Shown: piece after piece, positions 45,740 to 56,597 of the stretch
Layout of the letters: each line of letters begins with the position of its first letter
Position numbering within the stretch: position 1 is the stretch's first letter
NCBI GenBank assembly: GCA_963825135.1
Contig: CAWGRW010000009.1
Span: 2,560,001-2,624,000 of the forward strand
Origin: an uncultured bacterium
Lineage (GTDB): Bacteria; Desulfobacterota_D; UBA1144; Nemesobacterales; UBA2774
DNA length: 64,000 nt
Reading direction: 5' to 3'
Notes under the pieces: model-generated
Databases searched by the model: none
Seen by the model: only the letters and a program-made list of their open reading frames with translations
What the model was told of the DNA's origin: nothing
Translations under genes and position numbers: made by a program

Positions 45740-46462
45740 TCACGAAATAGATTTCACAATTTCGTCGACAACCAAACCAGGGTTCTCGGCTTCGGTGATT
45801 GCCCTGCCGATGACGAGGTAGTCGGCTCCGCTGGCGACTGCCTCAGCGGGGGTCACTACACGCTTCTGATCGTGAGCATCACCGCCGGGGCGTATTCCGG
45901 GAACGACCAGTGTGAACCTTTCTCCGAATTCCTTTCTGAGTATCTCAACCTCCATGCCGGAACAAACCAGCCCGTCCACTCCCGCTTTATCCGCGAGTGA
46001 CGCGAGGCTCAGCACCGTATCCCTCGTTGACGTATTAATGCCTATGCCTTTCAGGCTCGCCTCGTCGTGGCTCGTCAGAACTGTAACCGCCAGCACCATC
46101 GGGTTCCGCTTATTGCTCTTTCCCGATTCATCACTGACCGCATCTGATACCGCCTTCATCATCTCGAAGCCCCCGAGTGCGTGTATCGTGAACATCCTGA
46201 CGCCGTAGCGTACGGCCTGCCTCCCGGAGTGGTCGACAGTGGACGGAATGTCGTGGAACTTGAGGTCGAGGAACACGTCCGCCCCCATGTCGCGGAATTC
46301 CTTTATCCCTATCGGCCCCGCGTCGAGGAACAATATCGGGCCTACCTTGAACGTCTTTATCTTGTGTTTCAGGCTCTCGACCCAGAATTTGGCAATCCTG
46401 AGCTCGGAGAAATCGAGCGCGAGTATTATTCGTTCTTTCGGTTTTAGTTCGGGTCTGGCCAT
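45740..46462 (-). CDS. pyrF: Orotidine-5'-phosphate decarboxylase
   Basis: ILALD, FLDLKFHDIPSTV, VTVLTS, VPGIRP, VIGRAI. Confidence 0.97.
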   Translation of the reverse strand: MARPELKPKERIILALDFSELRIAKFWVESLKHKIKTFKVGPILFLDAGPIGIKEFRDMGADVFLDLKFHDIPSTVDHSGRQAVRYGVRMFTIHALGGFEMMKAVSDAVSDESGKSNKRNPMVLAVTVLTSHDEASLKGIGINTSTRDTVLSLASLADKAGVDGLVCSGMEVEILRKEFGERFTLVVPGIRPGGDAHDQKRVVTPAEAVASGADYLVIGRAITEAENPGLVVDEIVKSIS

Positions 46463-46480
46463 GTGGATAGAATTATATAT

Positions 46481-48187
46481 CTATGAGAGAAGCGACTCCA
46501 CTTCCTTCGCCACTTCTTCGAGTTTTACGTTACGCGATATTCCGCCCTTCCTGAGTTTAAGCTCCGCCTCCCCCTCCTTTATAGTCCTCGGCCCCACGGC
46601 CACGTGAATCGGAATGCCTATGAGCTCGGCGTCCTTGAACTTGAACCCCGGCCCTACGTCCCTGTCGTCTATTATTACCTCGTATCCCTTGTCCGTAAGC
46701 TCCCGGTATATCTTCTCGGCCGCGGACATTATCTCCTCGTCCTTTATCTTGAGCGGGAGCACTGAGACCTGAAAGGGCGCGAGCGCGTTCGGGAAAATCA
46801 TACCGTTCTCGTCGTGGTTCTGCTCTATGGCGGCGGCTACGGTCCTTCCGATCCCTATTCCGTAGCAACCCATGATGTATGGCTTCTCTTTCCCGTCGGA
46901 ATCAATGAACGTGGCGTTCATGGCTTCCGAATACTTCGTCCCCAGCATGAACACGTGCCCGACCTCAATACCCCTCGTGGATATGAGCGTGCCTTCTTTA
47001 CATTTGGGGCATTTGTCCCCTTCGGACGCGACCCTTATGTCGCCCGTCTCTTTTAGCTCGAAGTCCCTTCCGGGGAGCACGTTTACGATATGGTAGTCCT
47101 CCCTGTTGGCCCCGGTTACGGAGCTCCCCATGCCCATGACGGACCTGTCGGCTATCGTCCTTATCTCCAGTCCCACGGGGCCGCTGAAGCCCGTCTTGCC
47201 GCCCGTTACCTCTTCAATCGTCGTGGCCGTCGCAAGCTCTACTGACTCCGCGCCTAACGCCTTCTTCAGCTTCGTGAGGCTTAGCTCGTGGTCCCCCCTT
47301 ACCAGCGCGGCTACAGGCTGACCGTCCGCCGTGACTATCATCGTCTTTATCAGGTTAGAAGGCTTTACCTTGAGGAACACGGCCACCTCCTCCACGGTCT
47401 TGAGGCCGGGTGTATGCACTTCCGAGATTGTCCTGTCTTCCTTGGAGCCTTTAATCCCGCTCTCGTGCCAGTTTGTCTCGGCCAGCTCGAGGTTGGCCGC
47501 GTAGCCGCACTTGCCGCAGCTCATCACCACGTCCTCTCCCGTGGGCGCTAGCACCATGAACTCGTGGGAGAAGCTCCCGCCTATGTTCCCCGTATCGGCG
47601 AGCACGGCCCTGAACTCGAGCCCGCACCTCTCGAATATGCGCACGTAAGCGTCGTACATGAGCTGATAGGATTTCTCTGCCCCGGCGGCGTCCGCGTCGA
47701 AGCTGTACGCGTCCTTCATTATGAACTCGCGGGCCCGCATGACCCCGAAACGGGGGCGTATCTCGTCCCTGAACTTCGTCTGTATCTGGTAAAGGTTTAC
47801 CGGGAGCTGCTTGTAAGAGCGCACGTCCCGCCTCACTATGTCGGTGATGACCTCTTCGTGCGTGGGTCCGATGCAGAATTCCCTTTCGGCGCGGTCCCTG
47901 AACCGGAGAAGCTCCTTCCCGTAAAAATCCCACCTGCCGCTCTCCTTCCAGAGCTCGGACGGCACGACCGCCGGCATGAGGAGCTCTATGGCCCCTGCCC
48001 TGTTCATCTCCTCCCGGACTATGTTCTCGACCTTGCTTATGCACCTGAGTCCGAGGGGGAGGTAGTTATATATGCCGGCCGCGACTTTCCTTATCATGCC
48101 GGCCCTTATCATGAGCTTCTGGCTCACGACCTCGGCGTCGGCCGGGTCTTCCTTGAGCGTCGGAATAAAGTATTGGGAGTATCTCAT
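46481..48187 (-). CDS. proS: Proline--tRNA ligase (with INS editing domain)
   Basis: GPTHEE, QTKFRDEIRPRFGVMRAREF, GIEVGHVF.LGTKYS, MGCYGIG. Confidence 0.98.
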   Translation of the reverse strand: MRYSQYFIPTLKEDPADAEVVSQKLMIRAGMIRKVAAGIYNYLPLGLRCISKVENIVREEMNRAGAIELLMPAVVPSELWKESGRWDFYGKELLRFRDRAEREFCIGPTHEEVITDIVRRDVRSYKQLPVNLYQIQTKFRDEIRPRFGVMRAREFIMKDAYSFDADAAGAEKSYQLMYDAYVRIFERCGLEFRAVLADTGNIGGSFSHEFMVLAPTGEDVVMSCGKCGYAANLELAETNWHESGIKGSKEDRTISEVHTPGLKTVEEVAVFLKVKPSNLIKTMIVTADGQPVAALVRGDHELSLTKLKKALGAESVELATATTIEEVTGGKTGFSGPVGLEIRTIADRSVMGMGSSVTGANREDYHIVNVLPGRDFELKETGDIRVASEGDKCPKCKEGTLISTRGIEVGHVFMLGTKYSEAMNATFIDSDGKEKPYIMGCYGIGIGRTVAAAIEQNHDENGMIFPNALAPFQVSVLPLKIKDEEIMSAAEKIYRELTDKGYEVIIDDRDVGPGFKFKDAELIGIPIHVAVGPRTIKEGEAELKLRKGGISRNVKLEEVAKEVESLLS

Positions 48188-48330
48188 ATCAGCCGTATAA
48201 ATTACCGACTCGTCGTCTAAATGCAACACGCACGCACACACGTAGTGTGTTCTATGGTTCTATTCGGATGGTGGAGATATTGTGGACATCGTGCCTATAA
48301 TTTAAAACTGCGGCTCACCACTGCCGTTAA

Positions 48331-48711
48331 CTAATCCGCCTTCTCGACCCACTGGGAGCGCCAGTCGGGGGCCTCGAACGGCTCGCTCCAGTAGGCGGTC
48401 TCCTTCGCTATCTTCCCGTCCCTGAACTCGAATATGAAAACGGCCTTGTAAGGCGAGGGGCCGCCGTAGTCGAGCGACGCCTCGGCCGCTACCAGGTCGC
48501 CCTCGCTCACCATGCGCCTGGGCGTGATCGTCGGGAGCGCCGGAAAAGCCCCGTATATCGCCCGCCTGTTGGCTGCGCCCACTATCCTCTCGCCCGACTG
48601 CGGCCAGTCCATTACGGCGTCGTCGTGGAAGAGCTCGTCCATTACCTCGACCTTCTTCTCGTTTATGCACTTTATAAGGCGCTCGATGACCTTCTCATTT
48701 TTCGTTGCCAT
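48331..48711 (-). CDS. SnoaL/NTF2-like protein
   Basis: DWPQSGERIVG, FEFRDGKI..ET.YW..PFEAP.WR; GGAGG RBS. Confidence 0.85.
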   Translation of the reverse strand: MATKNEKVIERLIKCINEKKVEVMDELFHDDAVMDWPQSGERIVGAANRRAIYGAFPALPTITPRRMVSEGDLVAAEASLDYGGPSPYKAVFIFEFRDGKIAKETAYWSEPFEAPDWRSQWVEKAD

Positions 48712-48904
48712 GACGGAAACCTCCTCCATGCGTTCCGGACGATCCCGGCATCCGGGAATCGATCCATATATCCACTATAGTAGATTCGGGCGGCAATTGG
48801 AATGGGTTTTTGATTTCGATTGAGGGCGGACATGCCGATTGACACTCCGTCGATACTTATGTAATTTAGCCTGCTTATAAAATTCTTTCTATGACGAAAC
48901 CCTG

Positions 48905-49831
48905 TTGAGATATCTCTCTTATCTAAATAACGCGGTAACCGGCTACTTCACGTTCTGGATAATCCTCTTCTCGCTCATAACTTTCTTCCACCCGGGGCCG
49001 TTTGAGGGTCTGACGGGGCTTATAGTGCCTGTCCTCGGGATAATCATGTTCGGTATGGGCATGACCCTTACGGCCGGGGACTTCAGGAGGATAGCGGGGA
49101 GGCCCCGGGACGTCGCCATAGGGGCCGCGGCTCAGTACGGCATCATGCCTCTAACGGGGTTCATCCTCGCCAAGGCGTTCTCGCTCGACCCGATGCTGGC
49201 GGCGGGCGTGGTGCTCGTGGGCTCATGCCCCGGCGGCACGGCGTCTAACGTAATCACGTACCTGGCCAAAGGCGACGTCGCCCTGTCAGTAGCCATGACC
49301 TCGGTGACGACACTCATGGCCCCGCTTATGGTCCCCTTCTTCATGTACATATTCGCCGGGCAGTGGATACACGTCCCCGCGCTCGGCCTTTTCATCTCCA
49401 CGGTGGAGATAATACTCCTCCCCGTAACGCTCGGCGCGGGGCTCAGGTACCTGCTCGGAAAACGCACCGGATACGTGCTTCCGGCGCTTCCCGGGGTGTC
49501 GTCCCTCGCAATAATATTCATCGTGGGCGTAATCGTGGCCGCCAACTCGGGCTCTATCGCGAAAGTCGGGGCGGGCGTCGCCGTGATCGTAATGCTCCAC
49601 AACATCACGGGGTTAGTACTCGGATACACGGTTGCGAGGCTCTCCGGCATGGACGTTACAAGGGCGAGGGCGGTGTCGATAGAGGTAGGCATGCAGAATT
49701 CGGGGCTCGCGGTCGCTCTCGCTAACCTCCATTTCAGCCCGCTCGCCGCCCTTCCGGCCGCCATATTCAGCGTTTGGCACAACATTTCGGGCTCGGCCGT
49801 CGCATGGTGGTGGAGGAGGCATACGAAGTGA
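48905..49831 (+). CDS. Bile acid:sodium symporter (BASS) family transporter
   Basis: MFGMG, PGGTASN, SIEVGMQNSGL, SVWHN. Confidence 0.93.
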   Translation: MRYLSYLNNAVTGYFTFWIILFSLITFFHPGPFEGLTGLIVPVLGIIMFGMGMTLTAGDFRRIAGRPRDVAIGAAAQYGIMPLTGFILAKAFSLDPMLAAGVVLVGSCPGGTASNVITYLAKGDVALSVAMTSVTTLMAPLMVPFFMYIFAGQWIHVPALGLFISTVEIILLPVTLGAGLRYLLGKRTGYVLPALPGVSSLAIIFIVGVIVAANSGSIAKVGAGVAVIVMLHNITGLVLGYTVARLSGMDVTRARAVSIEVGMQNSGLAVALANLHFSPLAALPAAIFSVWHNISGSAVAWWWRRHTK

Positions 49832-49849
49832 TGAACCGGGAACAGGCGA

Positions 49850-50776
49850 ATGAACGGAAATAATACGGTCGTAAAAGGCAAAGAAAAGTTCCCCGTAACG
49901 GGTTACCTCTATCTCGTGGGCACGGCTCTATTCACCGCCCTTTCCTACGTGTTCGGGAGGGCCATAGACAAGAGCTTCCACCCGGCGGCAATCACGTTCT
50001 ATTGGTTCTCCGGCGCGTTTTTGTGCTCGGTCCTCGTCGTGCTCGCAATCCCGTCCCAGAGGGCCGAGGTCAAACACCTGAGAAAATATACGAAGATATT
50101 CATATGCAGCTCCGTACTGACCGCCGTAGGCGCGGCCCTATGGATATCCGCCATCAAGACGATCGGCATCCCGCTTACGTCGTTCCTCATGAAGGCCCAG
50201 ACCCTCTTCTCCCTGATATTGGGAATGATATTCCTCGGCGAGAGGCTTAATAAATGGGAGACTGTCGGGATCGTCATCACGGTGACCGGCGGAATAATAG
50301 TCGCCTACCAGAGGGAATTTTCTCTCCTCATGGGGACGCTCACGGCTATCGGGGCGGCGTTCTTCTACTCGAGCCTGTCGTTCATAGTGAAGAAGATGGG
50401 CCAGAGGCTCAACATGCTCACCGTAGCCAACCTTAGGGCGCTCGGCGTGTCGATATTCCTTATCGCGTACCTCGTCCTGACCGGAACGCTCCAGACGCCG
50501 GGGCCGGTCGACCTCCTCTTTATGTGCCTGGGAGGCATCACGGGGGCATACATCGCGAAGGCGTGTCAGTTCCAGGCGATAAAGATGATAGACGTTTCGC
50601 GCACGACCGCTGTCCTGCCGCTCGAATCCATATTCGTCGTGCTCTTCTCGTACTTCATCTTCCACGAGATACCGTCAGTGATAAAGCTCATCGGCGGAGC
50701 GGGGATCATAATCGGCGTGATATTCCTCGTATTGTTCAGGGGCGAGAAGCCCGAGGACCTGGGCGAGGGGGAGTGA
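49850..50776 (+). CDS. DMT/EamA family transporter
   Basis: About 10 TM segments in two repeats, FLGERL, IFHE. Confidence 0.85.
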   Translation: MNGNNTVVKGKEKFPVTGYLYLVGTALFTALSYVFGRAIDKSFHPAAITFYWFSGAFLCSVLVVLAIPSQRAEVKHLRKYTKIFICSSVLTAVGAALWISAIKTIGIPLTSFLMKAQTLFSLILGMIFLGERLNKWETVGIVITVTGGIIVAYQREFSLLMGTLTAIGAAFFYSSLSFIVKKMGQRLNMLTVANLRALGVSIFLIAYLVLTGTLQTPGPVDLLFMCLGGITGAYIAKACQFQAIKMIDVSRTTAVLPLESIFVVLFSYFIFHEIPSVIKLIGGAGIIIGVIFLVLFRGEKPEDLGEGE

Positions 50777-50793
50777 AAGAGGAAGATCGGCGT

Positions 50794-51056
50794 TCTTTTT
50801 CTAATGAAGGAATTAAAGGCATTTCCCCCTTTGGAAAAGGGGAACAATTCCGACAAATCGGAGGAATTGGTCGGAGTTGAATGATAGAAAATAAGTCCCT
50901 TATCCCAGCAACTCGGTTATGATAGTCAAATTAAGGGGGATTTTCATTTGTGATGTTGTGCTATCTTTGAAGTCTATATACAATGGAGAGCTGATAAATT
51001 GTAAAAAAAAAACTTAATCCTCCCTACCCCTCCTTTTTCTAAGGAGGGAATTAAAA
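50794..51056. repeat. Composite palindromic repeat; inverted homologue of 460-633
   Basis: 55-bp exact inverted match to 531-585; attaagggggattt matches 463-476; CCCTCC unit at 51016-51056. Confidence 0.85.
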
Positions 51057-51116
51057 TACACGATTGCTCAGCTATCTGAGAGATGCGGGAAACGAGCAGG
51101 GATTGCAGCTAATTCG

Positions 51117-51746
51117 CTACGCCATACGGAGGCGGATCAGGGTTATGAACGCATAAGCGCCGCAGCCGAATATGAATATGCCGGTCACCTTGTTTACGAT
51201 TACAAGCCCCCTTTCGGTGAGCCTTCCCCTGAGATGTGATATGACGTAGCAGAGTACGGTCCAGAGTACGGTGCATCCGGTGAATATGCCCGCCACCAGG
51301 AGGGCCGCGGTCCTGTAATAATCCGCGGGCTTGTGTATTCCGAGTATGGCGAATAACGCCAGAATAGAGAGTATGACCATCGGGTTTGAGAGGGTGAGCA
51401 GAAGAGCCGAGCCGAAGATCCCGAGGCGGCTCCTCTGGGCCTTATTTTCCGAATACTGCGAGGGCTTGGAGAAATAGACTCTCAGGCCGAAGACGAAGAG
51501 GATTATCCCGCCCGTCAGGTGCACCCAGGCCTCTCTCTGCATGAGCATTTCCGATATGAAAGTGAGGCCGAAGGCGACAATAGTGGCATAAATAGCGTCG
51601 CCGACGGCGGAGCCGAGCCCCGATATGATTCCCGTCGCCCTCCCCTCGTTGATCGTGCGCTGAACGACGAGCGCGCCCACGGGCCCGATCGGGGCGGTTA
51701 TGACAATGCCTACAATTATCCCCTTGATGAATACGTTTAAATCCAT
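51117..51746 (-). CDS. LysE family translocator
   Basis: APIGPV, G..SGLG.A.GD, LTLSNP. Confidence 0.9.
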   Translation of the reverse strand: MDLNVFIKGIIVGIVITAPIGPVGALVVQRTINEGRATGIISGLGSAVGDAIYATIVAFGLTFISEMLMQREAWVHLTGGIILFVFGLRVYFSKPSQYSENKAQRSRLGIFGSALLLTLSNPMVILSILALFAILGIHKPADYYRTAALLVAGIFTGCTVLWTVLCYVISHLRGRLTERGLVIVNKVTGIFIFGCGAYAFITLIRLRMA

Positions 51747-51881
51747 AGCCTAAACTCAGGTAACACTATACCCGAACAGGAATAATATTTCTAAAGCGGA
51801 GTTATGAAAAGAAATAATCTTTTCCGGGAAATAACGAACCATGGCAGCTCTTTAAAGATCGTTCAGGAGAAAGCCCGGCCG

Positions 51882-53642
51882 TCAGGAGTTCGAGATGATC
51901 TCCGTTGCGAATTCGGGCGGGAGCGAGTCGCCCCATGTGTCGATCAGGGCCTTTGAAACGAACTCCCTGATTGCCGTCCCCGTTTTCAAACGCAGGCATT
52001 CGTCGGCAATCCGTTTCGATTCCTTTTCGGTTATCAAGCTCAGGAGCTTCTTCACCCTGGGTATGGAGTGCGTGTTCATGCTGAGCTCGTCCACCCCCAT
52101 GCCGACGAGTAGCGGGACGCACGGGAGCTGGCTCGCCATCTCGCCGCACACGCTCGCCGGTATCCCCTTCGAATGAGCCGAATCAATGACCCCCTTGATG
52201 AGCCTCAGCACGGCCGGGTGGAACGGCGTGTAGAGGTACGAGACGTGCTCGTTCACCCTGTCGACCGCTAGGGTGTACTGAATGAGGTCGTTCGTCCCGA
52301 TGCTGAGGAAATCGACTTCCTCGGAAATATCTGACGCCGTTATGGCGGCCGAGGGGGTTTCTATCATCACCCCTATCTCCCACGAATCCTCTCTCCCGAG
52401 GCCCGCCGCGATCTCTGTAATTATGGACTTCGTCTCCGAGATCTCGGCCATGTCCGAGACCATCGGTATCAGTATCCTCAGCTTTATCCCTTCAGCCGCC
52501 CTCAGTATCGCCCTTATCTGCGTCCTGAACGTCGCCTCTTCCTTGAGCGAAAACCTTATGCCCCGGAGACCGAGCGCGGGGTTGAGCCTCTGCGAGGGCT
52601 CCATGCCGGCAGGGAATTTATCCCCGCCTATGTCGAGCGTCCTGATTGTGACGAGGGGGGAGCGGAGAGCGGAAGCGACCTTCCTGTAACTCTCGTACTG
52701 CTCGTCCTCGTCCGGGAAATACCCGGACTTCGTAAAGAGGAATTCCGTCCTGTACATGCCTATGCCCTCGGCGCCGTAGCAGACGGCGTGGTCGAGCTCT
52801 TCGATGATCTCTATGTTCGCGTTAACCTTTATGTCCCTTCCGTCGAGTGTCCTGCCGGGGAGCTTCGCGTATTCGAGCAGCTTCTTCTCTAACGCTATGT
52901 AGGTCGACTTCCTCCGGCCGAACTCCTCCCGCTCCTCCGGGGCGGGGTCGAGTACCACGACTCCCCTAAAGCCGTCCATGAATATGGTGTCCCCGGGACA
53001 CGCCCTGAGGGTGATGTCCTCGAGGCCCATTACCGTGGGTATCCCGAGGGACTTCGCTACGATTGCGCTGTGTGAGGTGGATGCGCCGGTGTCGGTGGCG
53101 ATGCCTATGGCGTGGTGCTTCGCGAACGCGACCACGTCCACGGCCGAAATGTCGTGCGCCACGAGTATGGAGTCCCGCCCGAGGTCGGGCGTGTCCTCGG
53201 CGATGCCGTGGAGGTTCCGGAGTATCCTCTCGCCCATGTAGTAGATATCGGCGAGTCTCTCCTTCATGTAGAGGTCCTCCACCTTTCTGAAGGCCTCGCT
53301 CTTTTTGGAGAGGATGCTGTTGAGGGCCCATTCGGCGTTCACGCGCTCGGTTTCTATGAACCTGAGCACCTCGTCCGAAAGCAGCTCGTCCTCGAGCATC
53401 ATTATGTTTATATTGAGTATCTGGAGGTGCTCGCCGCCCTCGAGCGGCTCGAGCTTGTCCTTGATGGAGATGAGCTGGTCCTTGGACCTCCTGACGGCCT
53501 GGAGGAACCTCTCCTTTTCCGAGCCTACGAGGCCGTCGTCGATCTGAGTCCTTTCGACGATCATCCTCGAGCGGTCGAGCAGGACGACTTTGCCGAGGGC
53601 TATCCCCGTGGATATGGGGATGCCTTTTCTCTCGACCCTCAT
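51882..53642 (-). CDS. ptsI: PEP-protein phosphotransferase (enzyme I)
   Basis: TSHSAI, GMYRTEFL, RTLDIGGDK, SIGTNDL, CGEMA; overlaps ptsH. Confidence 0.94.
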   Translation of the reverse strand: MRVERKGIPISTGIALGKVVLLDRSRMIVERTQIDDGLVGSEKERFLQAVRRSKDQLISIKDKLEPLEGGEHLQILNINIMMLEDELLSDEVLRFIETERVNAEWALNSILSKKSEAFRKVEDLYMKERLADIYYMGERILRNLHGIAEDTPDLGRDSILVAHDISAVDVVAFAKHHAIGIATDTGASTSHSAIVAKSLGIPTVMGLEDITLRACPGDTIFMDGFRGVVVLDPAPEEREEFGRRKSTYIALEKKLLEYAKLPGRTLDGRDIKVNANIEIIEELDHAVCYGAEGIGMYRTEFLFTKSGYFPDEDEQYESYRKVASALRSPLVTIRTLDIGGDKFPAGMEPSQRLNPALGLRGIRFSLKEEATFRTQIRAILRAAEGIKLRILIPMVSDMAEISETKSIITEIAAGLGREDSWEIGVMIETPSAAITASDISEEVDFLSIGTNDLIQYTLAVDRVNEHVSYLYTPFHPAVLRLIKGVIDSAHSKGIPASVCGEMASQLPCVPLLVGMGVDELSMNTHSIPRVKKLLSLITEKESKRIADECLRLKTGTAIREFVSKALIDTWGDSLPPEFATEIISNS

Positions 53643-53920
53643 ACGCCCTCGCCGAATCCGCTCTCTATGAGCTCTCCGATCTCTGCCATGGCTTCGTCCG
53701 AACCCTCGCCTTTCGTAATCACCTTTATTTCGCTCCCTTTCGCGGCCGCGAGGGACAGGACGCCGAGAATGCTCTTGCCGTCCACCTCGTAGCCGTTCTT
53801 TATGAGCTTAACTTCGCAGGCGAACCTGCTCGACAGTCTTACGAAAACAGCCGCCGCGCGCGCGTGGAGACCCAATTTATTCTTTATCGTAAAAACCTGT
53901 ATTACTTCCGATTCGGACAA
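53639..53920 (-). CDS. ptsH: Phosphocarrier protein HPr
   Basis: NKLGLHARAA (His15), DGKSIL (Ser46). Confidence 0.95.
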   Translation of the reverse strand: MSESEVIQVFTIKNKLGLHARAAAVFVRLSSRFACEVKLIKNGYEVDGKSILGVLSLAAAKGSEIKVITKGEGSDEAMAEIGELIESGFGEGV

Positions 53921-53997
53921 CTGTGGATAACCTCAGCCAGTATGTGAATTATATTTCATCGAATCCGTACGAGTACGAGAATGAATCGTCATCCGTA

Positions 53998-54798
53998 CTA
54001 ATTATAATTTTGATCGCCGGTTTTTTCAATCGCCGCCGTCGGAGTGAAGAGCGCCCTGTCCACGCCGCCGTTGAGCTCGACGCTCCGCTCGTATACAATT
54101 GTAATCGATAGCCGGCCTGTATCAAAATCTATCTTCCGCGGGAAGTAATGCCCGTCCACGAGGCCGCCGAAATATTCGTATATGAGACTCGCCCTCTCAC
54201 CGTTCCCGAGCGAAAACTCCGCTTTCTCCACCCTGTAATTATCGCGGTTTACCCACAGGACGTTCTCTCCGCCTGATTTAGAGTCCCTGAAAGCAAGCCT
54301 TATCATACCCGCGTCCGCCGTTATTGCGGGCTTCCCGGCAGATTCATATATCCTGTACGGAAGCCTTCCCATCACGAGGTTCACGAGACTCTCGGCCGTT
54401 ATCCTTATATCCAGGCCCGGATAAACGTAAGAGAGGTCGAATGCCTCCCCCGCGTCATAAACACCCCTCTCGCCCGAGGAAATGATATATATATGCGTCC
54501 CGTCCGATGAAATGAACCCCACCGTGCTGCCGAACGGGTTCAGGGCCTCGAGGCGGAGAAGATTGGGCTCCTCGGCGACCGTAACCTGGGTGTACGAGAC
54601 CTTGTCGGAGGCCGTTACTATCCTCACCCTCGCCAGGCCCTTTACGGACCTGACGCCGTTTTCAAAAAGCTCGACCTTCTCTATTATGCTCCCGGCGTCG
54701 GCCCCCGTCATGTCAACCTTCGCCGCTCTCGGGGCGCACGACGAGGCGAGTGCCAGTAATAAGGTTAATATGAAATATTTATCGTATGAGCGTATCAA
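53998..54798 (-). CDS. Lipoprotein, LolB/DUF4292-like
   Basis: Lipobox LASSC; LRLEALNPFG; follows the TPR gene. Confidence 0.7.
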   Translation of the reverse strand: MIRSYDKYFILTLLLALASSCAPRAAKVDMTGADAGSIIEKVELFENGVRSVKGLARVRIVTASDKVSYTQVTVAEEPNLLRLEALNPFGSTVGFISSDGTHIYIISSGERGVYDAGEAFDLSYVYPGLDIRITAESLVNLVMGRLPYRIYESAGKPAITADAGMIRLAFRDSKSGGENVLWVNRDNYRVEKAEFSLGNGERASLIYEYFGGLVDGHYFPRKIDFDTGRLSITIVYERSVELNGGVDRALFTPTAAIEKTGDQNYN

Positions 54799-56597
54799 TT
54801 CCGACTTCTCGTATCCGGATTTTGCGTGAGCGCGCTTATCTTTTGCCTGAGCCTTGTCATCAGCTCTTTATCCTCGGGATTATCGGAAGGGACCTCCGAC
54901 AGCATTTTCAGTCCCTTGCTGTAAGATTCGAGGGCGTCCGCGCTGTCCCCCATGTCCCTGTAAACGTCCCCCAGGTGCTCGAGCACGGCGGGGTCGTCGG
55001 ACTGCAGTGCGGCCGCTTCCTTGAGCAGCTTTACCGCTTCCGCGTATTTTCCCTTCTTGTAGTAGACCCAGCCCAGGCTGTCCAGTATATAGCCCTTGTT
55101 AGGAGAGATTGCGTTGGCCTTCCTTATGAGGGTCTCCGCTTCGTCGAGGTTCACGCCCTTCTCCGCATACGAATAGCCTACGAAGTTAAGCGCGTCCGCG
55201 TGCTGCGGGTTAAGCTCGATGAGCTCTTTCATCGTCCTTATGGAATCGTCTTCACGGCCGATGAGGAAGTACGTAACGCCGAGCGAATAATATATCGTCT
55301 CGCTCTTGGGGTTCGATACGAGGTATTTCTTGTAGAGGTTGACCGCGTCGTCGTTCCTGCCGAGCTTCCTGTAAACGCTGCCCATGTAATTCACTATCAC
55401 TTCGTTGTCAGGCTCGTGCCCGTACACCTCCTCCATGAGGGCGAGGGCCTCGGGCAGCATGCCGCGCTTCTCGAACACATACGCCTTCTGCACGAGACTC
55501 TCGTCGTAAAAGTCCGAGTACTGGGGTATGGAATTCAATATTTCGAGCGCCGGGTCGTACTGCCCCGTCTCTATATAGCAGAGGGCCAGGTAGTATTTCG
55601 CCCTTTCGTCCCCGGGGTTCCCCATGAGTATGACCCTGAACTCCTCTATCGCCTTGTCGTATTCCCCGCTCTCGATGTACAGGAGCCCGAGCCTGAGCTT
55701 GAGGTCCGGGTTCTGGTAGTCCATGCTCTCGGCCTTCTTGAACTGCTCCCTCGCTTCGTCCATGCGGTTGAGCCTGAAGAGGAAGTTCCCGTACCTCACG
55801 TAGGAGTCGAGGCTGTTCGGGTAGAGCACGATCACGTCCTGATAAATCTGCTCGGATTCCTTGATCCTCCCCTGCTGCTCGTACACCAGGGCGAGCTCCA
55901 CAAGGGCCGAGCCGAAGCTCGGGTTTATATCGAGCGCCTTCTTGTAACTCTGTTCCGCACTGGCGTAGTCGCCCTTTTCGTAGTAAAGCTTTCCCAAAAA
56001 GTAATAACCCTTTTCATTGTCCGGGTAGAGGTCCGTTATCTTCCTGAATTTTATCTCGGCGCTGTCGTATTTCCCCGATTCCGTATCCATTATTCCCAGG
56101 AACAGGAGCGACTCCGCGTCGTCGGGGTTGAGCTCCACGGCGTGGTTCAGTATCTCGACCGACTTCTCCCTCTCCTTCGGGTCCTGGGAAGAGGCGTATA
56201 TTTTTCCGAGCAGGGTGAAGGACGGGGCGAACTCCGGATTCGCTTTTATGGATTCCTGAAGCTTCGCGAGCGCGTCGTCCATCCTGCCCATGGACATGTA
56301 CATGAGAGCGAGGTTGTATTTAAGGTAGGCGGAGGAAGGGTCCGCAAGCTCGGCAAGCTCGAGCTCCGCGAGCGATTCTGCGACCCTGTTGTCGAGAAAG
56401 AGCATCCTTGAAACCATGAAGTGGTAATATGCGTCTGAATTCGGCTTGGACGAGGACAGGACGGGCTCGTCCGCCTGAGCGGGGTCGCTTTTAACGGTCT
56501 TCATGCCGGCGCAGGAAAAGAGGGCGGGCAGAAGCGCCAGGAGCAGGAGCGGCGCATATTTAATGAATATCTTTTTTCCGTTCATTTCAGGAAGCAT
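54795..56597 (-). CDS. TPR-repeat lipoprotein
   Basis: Lipobox FSC; many TPRs; ALNFVGYSYA, ILDSLGWVYY, EHLGD (start may be 56585). Confidence 0.9.
   Translation of the reverse strand: MLPEMNGKKIFIKYAPLLLLALLPALFSCAGMKTVKSDPAQADEPVLSSSKPNSDAYYHFMVSRMLFLDNRVAESLAELELAELADPSSAYLKYNLALMYMSMGRMDDALAKLQESIKANPEFAPSFTLLGKIYASSQDPKEREKSVEILNHAVELNPDDAESLLFLGIMDTESGKYDSAEIKFRKITDLYPDNEKGYYFLGKLYYEKGDYASAEQSYKKALDINPSFGSALVELALVYEQQGRIKESEQIYQDVIVLYPNSLDSYVRYGNFLFRLNRMDEAREQFKKAESMDYQNPDLKLRLGLLYIESGEYDKAIEEFRVILMGNPGDERAKYYLALCYIETGQYDPALEILNSIPQYSDFYDESLVQKAYVFEKRGMLPEALALMEEVYGHEPDNEVIVNYMGSVYRKLGRNDDAVNLYKKYLVSNPKSETIYYSLGVTYFLIGREDDSIRTMKELIELNPQHADALNFVGYSYAEKGVNLDEAETLIRKANAISPNKGYILDSLGWVYYKKGKYAEAVKLLKEAAALQSDDPAVLEHLGDVYRDMGDSADALESYSKGLKMLSEVPSDNPEDKELMTRLRQKISALTQNPDTRSRN

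Noticed and set aside
54786..56411. 541-aa plus-strand ORF
   Set aside because: Antisense to the TPR lipoprotein, with no recognisable domain
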